Under the pieces are notes generated by a model that was given only the letters and a program-made list of their open reading frames with translations, did no database searches and had not been told where the DNA came from. Below are positions 24,501-36,400 of a stretch of DNA of 49,303 bases, piece by piece. Source of the stretch: Macrostomum lignano (Eukaryota); assembly GCA_002269645.1 (NCBI GenBank), contig NIVC01004347.1, forward strand, positions 1 through 49,303. Reading direction: 5' to 3'. Within the stretch, counting starts at the first letter, position 1; each line of letters starts with the position of its first letter. A program made the position numbers and the translations under genes.

Positions 24501-25719
24501 GCTGGAGCTGATGTCCCCAGCGCTGAAGCAGATCGTTCAGGACACCGAGTGCGCTGCCAAGCTAGCCGTGGCCAAGATCGGTGACCAACGCGTCCGCGTC
24601 TTCCTGCACTCCAGCCGCAGAGAGGTTTTGGTGAAGGTCGGCAGCGAATACGAGCAGCGGCTGTCAATGTCTCGTCCAGCTTCCACGGAGCAGACCAGCT
24701 CCCCAGCTCCGTCTGGCGTGGCTGCCCACCTCGAGAAGCGGGCTTCGCAAGCCGCTCTGAGGCTGATGAAAGACGACAACAAAGTCACGATCAAGGTCAC
24801 CCGGGATCAGCGAGTTGTCATCAAGGCCAGCGAGGTGGACGACCGTGAGGACGCCATCTGCGAGCTGTCCCATCCATCCCAGATGTCCCAGGCTGACCGC
24901 AGCAGTGAGAGCGTCTTTGACAGCCTGAAGACTTTCACCGACGCGGAGGAGAGCCCTGTCTGCCGCGAGCAGCTGAGGCGCCGCCTCAACCAGTGCCGCG
25001 TGTCACCCGCCCGCGTCCAGCCGTTCCACGTCCGGGGTGAGTCCGACTGGTGGCAGCCGCGGTACATGGACGCCCAACTGCTGAACCGCCTGGCTCAGAC
25101 CCAGACTCCGCTGATCCTCAGCGCCGACCAGATTGCTGAAGGCTCCGCCGTCTACAGCGTCCAGATGGTGCACGAGCGCCCAGCCGGCAGTGCAGACAAC
25201 GACCAGCTGATCCGACACATCCTGCTGAAGAAGGACCGCGACACCCTCGCCAAAATCAGCATTCCAGCTCAACTGGGCAGCAGCTCTGCCGCCCGCGTCA
25301 GAGTAACCTACCGCCGCGACGGAGCCGAACGCACCGCGGACAGCTCTGCCGAGGAGGACATCGACAGCGACTTCCGCCTGTCTGTCAGTGAGCAGCGCAT
25401 CAGTCTGGTGCACAAGAGCCGCCTGTACCAGCTGGACATTGAGCCGCAGGCTGGCAAGCCGGAGATCACCATCGTGCGGTCGTCCGCTCACCCGAGCTAC
25501 GCCAGAGTTGGTCTCTGCCAGGCGAACCAGCTGGCGGAGGTTCGCGAGCACCACGCCAACCCACGCGCCGTCCTTGTTGGCGCGATGCGCGCCACCGTCC
25601 GCGCCCGCGGTCTCTCCTCAATGCTCAGCGAAGCCGAGATTGTCCGCTACAGCCGCCTGCTCAGCGCCATCGAGCGAGCCGAGGACGAGCCCTCTAGCAC
25701 TGCTGAGGCGCTTTGGTAA
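18572..25719 (+). CDS. Vitellogenin/apolipophorin-type large lipid transfer protein, about 2097 aa; exons 18572-18611, 19078-19589, 19840-20201, 20340-25719
   Basis: Signal peptide MKLLFLLACVGLAA; splice phases 1,0,2 close correctly. Vitellogenin_N-type motifs (YQYDAQIGSGI, WSVNIKKGFLSMLQ, AKSIDFNNC, ELRIACYRVLMQCP, QQVYAYCVSHM, SFVPR...LEISMRTEGLQ). Canonical VWD at about 23725-24250 (CSLLHSHIKTFD...LAKDCS...RNRMCGLCGDYD). Exact subfamily not assignable by eye. Confidence 0.9.
18625..18910 (+). mobile_element. tRNA-derived SINE family A in intron 1 of the vitellogenin-like gene
   Basis: A-box-like TGCCGAGTGG and B-box-like GGCTCGATTCC, then GCCAACCCCCAAGGCA...GGGCCGCTGTACACTCCTGTGTGAG...GGAATGGGCAG shared with other copies. 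Confidence 0.7.
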
Positions 25720-27478
25720 CTCTGACCGGAAAACTCGAAAAAAACTGTTTTGGACCAACCGCCCATAGCCTGTAGAATATTGTCCCAACAACTTTTTAAG
25801 TCCGATTGCATTGTTTTGATTTTTATTGTCCGAATATATAATATTGTAATTTTAAGCTCAGAATCGTACTTGCATTAGTCAAGGAGAAACTGTAGCATAA
25901 AATTAAAAAGCGACAATCTTGCCTCGTAGCTGTGCAAATAAGGAAAATAACCATCACCCAGACAGATTTTTATTTCCACACACTTAAAAGTACGAGTAAA
26001 ATTCCTGTGCATTGCATTGCGTTCCCTAGGAGTCAAATACAAATACATTACTACTATTAGACCTGTGTGACCCATTCTATTTGCAAAATTAAAAAGAACT
26101 GCTGCAGTCTCCAAGCTCTCTTAACGTTTATTCCTTTAGCTAAATTTTTTGACACAATTTTCTACGACAGTTGCAGCCTGCAGAAATGTTTGCTGCAGAA
26201 AGTGTAAGGTCTGGCAACGTCTTTTGTAATTTTATTCAATCAGAGAATTGAAAAATGGTTATAAAAAAAGAATACAAAATCTTATTTTTTGTTCTTAGAG
26301 GGAAAAAGAAGTACATTGTATTATTATCGGATTTAAAAAGTAGCTACAGCATCCAGTGAAGTGAAAGTGTCTCACTACTATTGAGAGTACGCGGGCCCGT
26401 GTCTGTATTTTCAGACTAACAATAAAATGTTAACATTAAAACAAAGGATAATAGTTTTTAAAGGGAAGCAATATAAAAATAAAGATTAATTTATTGTACG
26501 CCTAAGTTGGCTTATAGAGTTTGCCTCTCTTAAATTTTCAAAGCCAACTTAATTATTGCTTGAAATCAAGCCACTTTGAAATTTCCGGTTTTAAAACTCC
26601 AAACTCCAACTGCAAACGTTTTCTCTGGTGTCAACATGTTTGAATACCAAAAATAAAGAGCCGTGTTTCAGCTAAAGCCAAGGACAATCGTAATAACGCA
26701 AATAAGCTTGTAAAACACAGAGATCGGCTGGCTATAAAAATATTCTTACAAAAAATGGAGTGAGCAAGAAAAGCGGAAGCGGAAGCGATTTGGGGGAGTA
26801 AAAATTAGCAGAGTTGTTTGAAATAGCTGTTCGATTTAGCTGAGAATAGAACGAAAAAATCACATAAATTTCTTCATAATTGAATTCTTTGAGTATCTTA
26901 ACGTAAAGTAAGAAAGTTTTCGAAAAAATGTGCATAACACCAAAAAATTAACATCGATAAATAAAAAGCAATAGTCTTAAAAAATGAAAATAATAAAATA
27001 TAACAAAATATACATTGTTTGAATTTATCGATGCAAGATATTTTTTCAACGATAATAATACTCATAACAATGATTATAGTGTCAAATATTATTCAGTTTT
27101 TGACATTGTTATTATAAAAAATAATTACATTATTGACAATTTTTAATATGAAATTAATAATAATAATTTATATGTATTATATTTAATATAGTTTAACACA
27201 GCCCTGACGAAAAATGCAGAAAAAACAAAACAAAGAAGTGAAGCTGTAATAAAAGTAGAAAAAAACCGCGAGAGATTTTCAAGTGAAAAGAGATGGATTT
27301 TTGTTTTTTTACGAGCTAAGCTGTTGTCACGATCAAGCTCGGGGAAGAGGGAGTAAAAAATAATAAACAACCAAATAAAAAAATCCAACGTGGAAGGCTT
27401 ACAGATATTTGTGTATAGTGCAAGTCTCTATCATGTGTAAAAATTTAAAACCACCTGGAGAGCAGCAGACGAGGCCGA

Positions 27479-30400
27479 TCAGGCTGTGACGCTGTCGTTA
27501 AGCAGCTTCTCGGTCTCCTGCTCCTGAGCCATCCTGCGGGCCTTGCGCGTCTTCCGAGCCGCCAGCTTCTCCTGGCGGAGTTTTGCCGCGGTTTTTTCAT
27601 ACTTAGTCACATTCTCACAATTTGCACATAACCCCACGGTGCTACCATAGGCGGAAAATTGCTTAAAAAATTCACCGGAAAAGTTATTTGTCACAATCGA
27701 CAATCGAGTTATTAAGGATTCCATGGAAGAAAAAATTAAAATTGTACTCGTTCGTTTTAGCTTAAAAAACAATTTTCTGTTTTTACCATAGATTATATTG
27801 GAAATTTACTGCAATGTAATTGAATTCTTTCAAATTGTTGTCAATATGCGTATTAAAGAAGAGTTATTACGAGCTACAATTTAAATCGAAACAAATTCAC
27901 AATTTTTTTCAGCAAGTCCATGAATATTGTATTGTATGCATATTTTAAATCTACTCGAAGCTTAGCACACTGTCTTACATGAAGCAAAACAACTCAAAGC
28001 AGCATGGTGCTGCGGCGTTTCACAAACCCCAAATTTTACAATATAAAAATTATTTTTTATATTCTTTCACCTTAATATCTAACCCCAAACAATGTGAATA
28101 TGTTCTTGATGCTATGAAATTTCGGGTTTGTGAAAGCAACCCTATCGTACAAGGTTTGTATTGCCTTACAATTCAAATTAGAATCGTTACAATTGCAATT
28201 TAATATATAGACTTCAAAGGGGACATTTAGCGGGTTGATTTTCCTGGAGGCTTTGACTACAATAACTGAGTGGGTCGAAAAATTGTGCTACTAAATTTTC
28301 TGACTTCATAACTGTCCAATACTTGCATTGCAGTTCAACTGTTGCAGTTCTGGATTCGCACTTTCCACAAAACGCTCACTAATGGCGACTGTTGTAACAC
28401 CGCACAGCTGCCAGGAGCCTTTCAGCAAAGAGAGGATGCGTGCTCGCCACCTTGTATCTCTCCCAATGCAGGAGGAAGTCGCTGTGCATCGACTCCGTGC
28501 ATTGTTCGCTCCATGGCCCCAGGCCTGTTTTGTCTTTGGCGCGGCAGAAGTCACCGACGTGGTGGAAAATCGCGTGGATTTTTGGACTGATGGAAATGCC
28601 GAGATCGGCATAACTGGTGCGAAATTCCTGAATCGCCTGCTTGAAATTGGGACGCAGCTCACTCCCGAAGCATGACACCACGACCGAGTTCAACGCTCGA
28701 AGGGCGGCAACAAACGGCAGCGCTGCCATCGGGCACATCGCTTCTAGCAGGTCCACGTTGCGCAGCAACTTGCGGCTCGCATTGCCAGTGAAGCTGCCAC
28801 CGTGATGCTTGTCACGTTGGACATTGCAAGCTGCAAGCCAAGCTTCGCTCTCGGGCCACACACCATGCAGACCCTCGTACAGTACATGGACCGCACCGGT
28901 CAGCAGGTGCAGCTCCGGCGGAGGGACAATGTGCAACACCGGGACTTCAACTCCAGCGGAAAAGATGCTGGGCTGGACGACGTTATCGAAGTGCTTAGCT
29001 AGTTGGCGTTCACCACCAGCAGCCAGGTAGGCCTGGTATTTCTCACTGAGGCTGCCAAAGGTCCTTGGCTCGCCGCAGCTGTCAAGGCTCCCTTTATTGA
29101 CGTTGCACCAGGTGCAGGGATGCGAGCTGCTGTGGGCCATCAAGCCGAGCAGGATGTTGGCAAGCTTCAGGTCGCACGCGATGCTGATGTTCGCCGACAG
29201 AAGCTGCAGGCGGCAGCTCTCCCAGAGACACTCCAGGTTCCTGTGGTTCTCCTGTGTGTTGGGAGCGATGCCAAGGATGACGGCCCGATGCACGCCAGTG
29301 TCGAGGAATCGGCGATCAGCCCCCTTCTGCTGCTCCTCACCAGCACACACGCACAGGTCAAAAACGGATATCGAGAGCTTCAAGAACCCACCTCCACCAT
29401 CGATTCCAATTCTGACGACTGTGGAAGCAACATCCATCAGCCGGCGGTTTGCAATCATGCGGCCCAGGAGCTCGACCACATCAGTGCAGACAACGGCCCA
29501 CTGCTCAGCTGGAGTCTGCCTTCCCCTCTCTTCTCGGATAAACGCCAGCTGCTTCGCTTGGAAGAGGTCATCCAGTTCGTGATCCATCTCCCTCAATGTC
29601 TGCCGGATGTTGCTCTGGACAGCTGAGGCGCCAATCGAAGACCGAAGATTTCGAAGTACAACCTCCGTTTTGCGCGAACTGAGGCCCAGCTCACCTTGCA
29701 GATGACGCATATTATCCGCCGTGAAGACCGCTGTTGGCTTCCGAGGCGGCGGATTCACGGCCAGCCTCATTGAGGGTCCAGCGTTGGATGCCAGCACGGT
29801 GATGCCCGAGGCTGTGTCTCCGGAGCCTGAAGTAATAAGTTTCTGCCGCACAATTGTTGTGGCGAGCCGCTCTGGGAATTCCGGGGACGCTTCCTGCAAC
29901 AGGGCATGCGCATTCTGCAGTCTTGTGGGTCTGTTGCATGTGTGCGGCTTGCCCCTGCCAATAGGACTGATGCAGAAGGAGCAGACCTTGACCATTTCGG
30001 GCTTGGGCGTTGTAGCCTCGTCCGCCGTCAAACTCGGCCGCCCAACAGACCGCTTTGGGACGTTGGCTTCTGGAGGATGGACTCTGCATCTGGCAGTGCT
30101 GCAGATCTTACAGTCGCATCCATCTTGGCCCACTGATCGGGTCACCGGCAGTGGCTGCACGTCCCTGAAGTCATACATCGGTGGCACATCAGCCCGTTGG
30201 CCCTTCTCCAGCTGCTGCAGAGCGAATCTGCACGTGCCACAAATTGCCTTGGGAACGCGATTATCGTGCAGATCGTAGAGCCAGCCACTGTGCCGATTGA
30301 TGATGGCCAGCATCCAGGGCGTAACGGATCGCAACTCTTTTGCCTTCGAAAAGCACAAAATGCAGATCCGATTGAGGCAATCTTCGTGTGACAGTGGCAT

Positions 30401-33400
30401 GACAAAAACTGTGTACACACAAGCACAATCGTTGCAACTAAATGTTTGGATGAAACACTTTTAGACAGAGTTGGACAACAAAACCTCTTCAAACGGGACC
30501 TCCTTACGTTTGAGGTTTGACGTTTATATTGATGAAAAACATAAATGAGCACGATGGCATTACAAGACTGAGGGTGGTTCGGCGAGTGCTTGGTGCAAAG
30601 AGCACACACCAATGTACAATATCATACTTTGTATGTACAGCTCAGGAAGAGAGAGAGCAAGCCACAGCGTACGAGTGCTTACCTACGTATGTAGAATGGT
30701 GGAGGGATTGGCTGAGGGTAAAGCTTTGGGTCTGGGCGGGCTGGGTAGATCTGAACCAGTGACTCATCCGAACAGGGTGAGTACGAGTATAAAGGCTCAT
30801 TCACAACGCCATCAAACAAGCAACCATACTCACATGACTTACGTACAAAGGGATGAAAAACTATGCAAATGTCGTGTGATCACTTGAAATTTGGTCTCGT
30901 TTGACGGTGGTGTGAATGGGCCTTAAGACTCTCTTGTGGTAGGCCCATCCAAGTCAAATGTGTAGCTTTTAGGCATCAACCAATCATTGATGAATATCAG
31001 TAACATGTTTTTTAATGCTTGCCTTTGATCCTGGACTCAATCGAATTGATTTCTAAACAGTACGGTGATACTTTGCTTTTTTATTAATTCGTCTATGGTA
31101 AAAACTGAAAATAGCACTTTTTGAGCTAAAACGAACAACTACGATTTTTATTTTTTCTTCAAACGAATCCTTACTAATTCGAGTATCGATTGTGACAAAT
31201 AACTTTTCCGGTGAATTTTTTTAGCAATTTTCCGACTATGGTAGCACCGTGCCCAATGCTCATTACCCAATGCACATTGCCCAAATGCATATTACACTAA
31301 CCACTTCACGTATGCAAATCTGGGTTGTAAGCATAGCATAATCTTAATAACAATGAAAACTACGATTTCCGGGAATTATAAACACTATCGGTAAAAACTC
31401 ACCTGCAGTCCACGCTCCACTCGAGTCCTGTTCAGCTCCTGAGCTCGCTGGTACTCCTCCATGTCGATCTCGTATTGCTTCTTGATCGAGTCGATGTCGC
31501 CTATTGAAATGAAATTGTCGGACGAGAGAATCCAGTTTAACAGGCTGAAAGATTTCTGCTTTCTAAGGACACACTGTGGGCGCATTGAGGGTGAGAGCTG
31601 CTAGACACCCTATCACAGCAGGGTGAACTATGGAACTAACCGCTGCCAAAAATTGTGTCCACAAGAGGGTGTTGTGGACACCCCGGTGTAACCCATTCGG
31701 CGACATCGCCCCACAATCGCCTCACTCTGTGCCTTGGGGGTTGGCTCCCATGGGTGTGAAGCGCACGACAACCCCCTGGAAAATTTTCGAGCAGAAGCCC
31801 CAAATGAACACGTTTGCGCACGGAATCGAACCAGGGGTCGTGGACTCAGACGCATTTACCACTGAGCTGCTCCGCCCCCTAACCCGGGCCAATTCGGCTT
31901 AACTTGCAGCGCTGGCAGGCCCACTCGGTTTGCAATAGACAGAAAGTTGCAAATTTTATTGCATTGCACTGACCGAACAGCTGATCCTGGCTGGGCGGCG
32001 GTGCCAGATCCTTCAGAGACACCGCGTCAATCTTTGGCATGGACTCCATTGCTGATGCCTGCGGCGTCTCCGCGCTGCCCTCGCCTTCAGCCGCAGCCTC
32101 ATCGTTCGATTTCTCCTTGCCCTTTCTGCTCTTCTTCGATCTTTTCTTTGAGCCTGCGATCTCCGGTGTCGCTTCGATGCCCATCGGGCTGGGCTGGACT
32201 CCCTCCGGCTGCACTACCTGGACATTCGTCATCAGCTTCTGCATCTCGTCCTGGTTCAGAGTCTCCAGCTGCTCTTGCAGACGCCTGGCGTCGGTTAAAT
32301 TGGCATCTGAAAAATTTTCCCATTTTTTAGTTTCTTATTGTTTTGCAAAGAAGCTTAGCTTTCTATTGCAAATTCTAACAAAGAGTTTCTAAGGAGGACT
32401 ATGAGAAAATGGCAAAATGACAGCTGGAAGAGTCTGGAAGGAGTGACTTATCTAATCCCATATAGAGAGGCTGGCTGCTCATCTACTCCCATATAGAAAG
32501 GCCGGTTGCTCATCTACTCCCATATCGAGAGGCCGGTTGTCTATCTAATCCCATATAGAGAGGCCGGTTGTCTATCTAATCCCATATAGAGAGGCTGGTT
32601 GCACATCTACTCCCATATGGAGAGGCCGGTTGCACATCTACTCCCATATGGAGAGGCCGGTTGCCAATCTAATCCCATATAGAGAGGCCGGTTGTCTATC
32701 TAATCCCATATAGAGAGGCCGGTTGTCTATCTAATCCCATATAGAGAGGCCGGTTGCACATCTACTCCCATATGGAGAGGCCGGTTGCACATCTACTCCC
32801 ATATGGAGAGGCCTGTTGTCTATCTACTCCCATATAGAGGGGCTGGTTGCTCATCTAATAGCAGGAAGGAACCCTATAATTGAAGGGCCGTAAGAGTGAC
32901 CTACACGTTTGACCAGCTGATAAAACCCCCAACATATGAAGAGATGCTGAATTCTCAAACCTTCATCTAGCCCAGCCTCTGCTGCAGCCTGCGGTCCCAG
33001 TAGCTCCTCCAGTTTCTGTTTAATCAGCCGAACTCGTTCGGTTCGCAGCAGCCGCTTTTTCTCAAAGAGCTCCTCGGTGGCTGACAGCAGGTCCCGGTCG
33101 ATGGTCTTGTTGATCACCTTAATTTGGAGAAATAATGCCACTGGTGATGCTGAGTGGACTGCGTCGAGATGAGACTCAGGGGGCGAGGAAGGCCATTCTC
33201 GTGTAGGGGGGATTCCTGGAGAGGGGTGATTCCCAGGGAGGGGGTGATTCCCAGGGAGGGGGTGATTCCCAGGGAGGGGGTGATTCCCAGGGAGGGGTGA
33301 TTCCCAGGGAGGGGCACCCAGGGAGGGGGTGATTCCCAGGGAGGGGTGATTCCCAGGGAGGGTGATTCCCAGGGAGGGGGTGATTCCCAGGGAGGGGTGA

Positions 33401-36400
33401 TTCCCAGGGAGGGGTGATTCCCAGGGAGGGGTGATTCCCAGGGAGGGGTGATTCCCAGGGAGGGTGATTCCCAGGGAGGGGTGATTCCCAGGGAGGGGTG
33501 ATTCCCAGGGAGGGTGATTCCCAGGGAGAGGTGATTCCCAGGGAGGGGGTGATTCCCAGGGAGGGGTGATTCCCAGGGAGGGGTGATTCCCAGGGAGAGG
33601 TGATTCCCAGGGAGGGGTGATTCCCAGGGAGGGGTGATTCCCAAGGAGAGGTGATTCCCAGGGAGGGGGTGATTCCCAGGGAGGGGGTGATTCCCGGAGA
33701 GGGGTGATTCTTGGAGAGGGGAGATTCTTGGAGAGGGGAGATTCTTGGAGAGGGGTGATTCTTGGAGAGGGGTGATTCTTGGAGAGGGGAGATTCTTGGA
33801 GAGGGGAGATTCTTGGAGAGGGGAGATTCTTGGAGAGGGGAGATTCTTGGAGAGGGGAGATTCTTGGAGAGGGGAGATTCTTGGAGAGGGGTGATTCTTG
33901 GAGAGGGGTGATTCTTGGAGAGGGTGATTCTTGGAGAGGGGAGATTCTTGGAGAGGGGAGATTCTTGGAGAGGGGAGATTCTTGGAGAGGGGTGATTCTT
34001 GGAGAGGGGAGATTCTTGGAGAGGGGAGATTCTTGGAGAGGGGAGATTCTTGGAGAGGGGTGATTCTTGGAGAGGGGAGATTCTTGGAGAGGGGAGATTC
34101 TTGGAGAGGGGAGATTCTTGGAGAGGGGAGATTCTTGGAGAGGGGAGATTCTTGGAGAGGGGAGATTCTTGGAGAGGGGAGATTCTTGGAGAGGGGTGAT
34201 TCTTGGAGAGGGGTGATTCCCGAAGAGAAGTGATTCCTGGAGAGGGTGATTCCCAGAGAGGGGTGATTCCCGGAGAGGGGTGATTCCCGGAGAGGGGTGA
34301 TTCCCGGAGGGGGTGATTTCCGTGTTGGGGTGATTCCTGAGAAGGCGTGACAAGCTGTGTTACAGACCGTGTCGAACCACTGCAGCAGGGCGCCAGCCCG
34401 CTGGAACATGGCCCGGTAGACAGACATGGCGTGCATGTGCCGGTCCAGCGTGGCCACGTCCGTGAAGATATTACTGGTCGCTCGCTCCAGCGTGACCACC
34501 TGAAGCGTCGGAAATTGTTAGTTGTTGTTGGTTTGTTATAATCATATTTAAAAAGATACGTGTACTTCAATAAACCGGATTTCCGGATTGACAATTCGTT
34601 ATTGATTTTTTAAAATAATTTTAATTTTCAATTTTTAGAAACTTTGGTCAATTATGGATAGTTTTGCTTGAAGCCGAATTTCCGGATTGGCGGGTCGTTC
34701 TTGATTTGTTATAATTTTCTGTCCTTTTTTAGAGATCGAAATTCCTTAGCGATTGCTCCATTGCGATATCGTTCCGTGTAACCTTTATTGTTATTTTCAA
34801 AATTATGAGACTATAAGGTTTCTTAGAAACCGATTTAGTTAAATTAAAATCCAGCATTTTTTCATAACCTTGATAAATATTTTATCTTAGATTTTTTCGC
34901 TATATTGCTCACCAGATATTACCTTTTATGAACTAATTTCCGAGCTTGTAAACGCATTTATTCTATATAGTAAAATTTAATTGTCAAATATCAGCTCACC
35001 TCATCAAGCTTGCAATAAGGAAAATCGATGCCCTTCAAATAGTTCTGGCTGTTGCGCAAATTGGCGCAGGCTGCCACCAGGTAATTGCGCGTCTCCGTGG
35101 CAACCGCGTAACGCCGCTGCATATCCCTGTGCGAGGCGCGCGGGGCGGCTGATTGACTCATTGAGCAAAGAACTAATCGGTAATTGTATGTAAGTAGTAC
35201 TAGTAAAAGTACATATAAAGTGGAAGAATGAGAGATCTAGAGATGTCGAAGAAGATTTAATATTTTGCGTTAAGGTTGCTTACTTTTTGTAATGGGATCT
35301 GATTGATTGATTAATTAATTAATTGATTACACCTGCCCTAATGATGGGCAGATGTGCAACCGACAGCTCAGCCGCAGCTATTGCGCGGCGCATCTGAAGG
35401 CTGCGTACGGCTGTTCAGTCCAAGGACTGGGGGGTCGCCACACACACCCTCAATTACCCAAGCTAATGCTGGCACCCATTTTACAGCTGGGTGAACTGAA
35501 GTAATACAGAGTTGTGTCTTGCTCAAGGACACAAATTGTTCCGAGTGGGATCGGGAATCGAACCCCCGACGCTCTAACCACTAGGCTACAATCCCCTCAT
35601 TAGGCTTAGGATGAGAAATCTTGACAGCTGGTTTCTGAGTTGGAAATTTATGACACCGATGTGTATATGCAAATTAAAGGAAGTATGACAACTGAATCTG
35701 ACTCACTGAGGCGGCATGCAGCCGCAGGTCTCCCACTGCTTGACGCCGTGGCCCAGCTGGGCGCAGGCGTGGTGAATCAACAGACGGCCGGCCTGCCAGC
35801 GGGCCTTTGCCGCCGCGATTCTCTGCTGCCTGTCGCTGGTGGCGTCGTGCTCCCGTTCCAGCCGGAACTCCAGCTCGCTGCCGTACTTGCCGTCGAAAAT
35901 GGCAGCTGCAGGTTTGGAGTGATTTCGTTTCTTATCTAGAGAAAACGGTTTCCACTGCTCACTAACGGGGGCAGGGCGAAATTGGCAGAGGAGGCTGTCG
36001 TGCGATCCACAGCCATGAGGGCCGACCCCCCAAGGCACAGAGAGTGTACATGCCTGACGATTAGAAAGTCAGGGCCGATGTACACCCTGTGTGAGCGTGT
36101 GTACGAGTGGGCAGAATTGCCTCAGTGCAGGTGCCCACAAACCTGCGAATATTTATTTCATATCCACTCGTATGCGAGTAATACACAGTACAAAGTTTAT
36201 AAAAGATCGTCTATTGAAGAGTAGTTATCCACAGGTGAGGCTCTGGCTCAGCAGTTAAGACCAAGTTAAGGACTCAGAAAGGGATCGTTTACTGTCACAT
36301 CTGGACACAGATATAGAGCTCAGAAAGCAGCTTGATAAACTTGTGAAACCCATGCTCACTTCGAATCGTCCTCGGATTGAAGCATAGAAGATGAGAGAAT

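Larger units (their letters stand above)
27635..31251 (-). mobile_element. Complete autonomous Chapaev-type (RAG1/Transib-like DDE) DNA transposon, 3617 bp
   Basis: TIRs 27635-27792 and 31092-31251 begin CACGGTGCTACCATAG and are 64/66 identical over the outer 66 bp. 3-bp TSD CCC (27632-27634, 31252-31254). Single uninterrupted transposase ORF inside. Confidence 0.92.

Noticed and set aside
20628-25554. Many minus-strand ORFs over the vitellogenin-like exon, and plus-strand ORFs over the transposase
   Set aside because: Antisense shadows expected from GC-rich, codon-biased CDS; no recognisable motifs.
27793-28378. Search for a RAG2-like second gene inside the transposon (also 30420-31090)
   Set aside because: Only short ORFs or ORFs antisense to the transposase; no kelch or PHD signal, and too little space.
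31790-31879. tRNA genes at the A/B-box segments (also 6772, 16320, 18630, 35590 and 41350)
   Set aside because: No complete cloverleaf is evident; most continue into shared SINE bodies, and the 16320 copy is an isolated head fragment.
32851-34594. 461-500-aa minus-strand ORFs
   Set aside because: Read-through of the G-rich array; only 34499-34368 and 33117-32961 are real exons of the coiled-coil gene.
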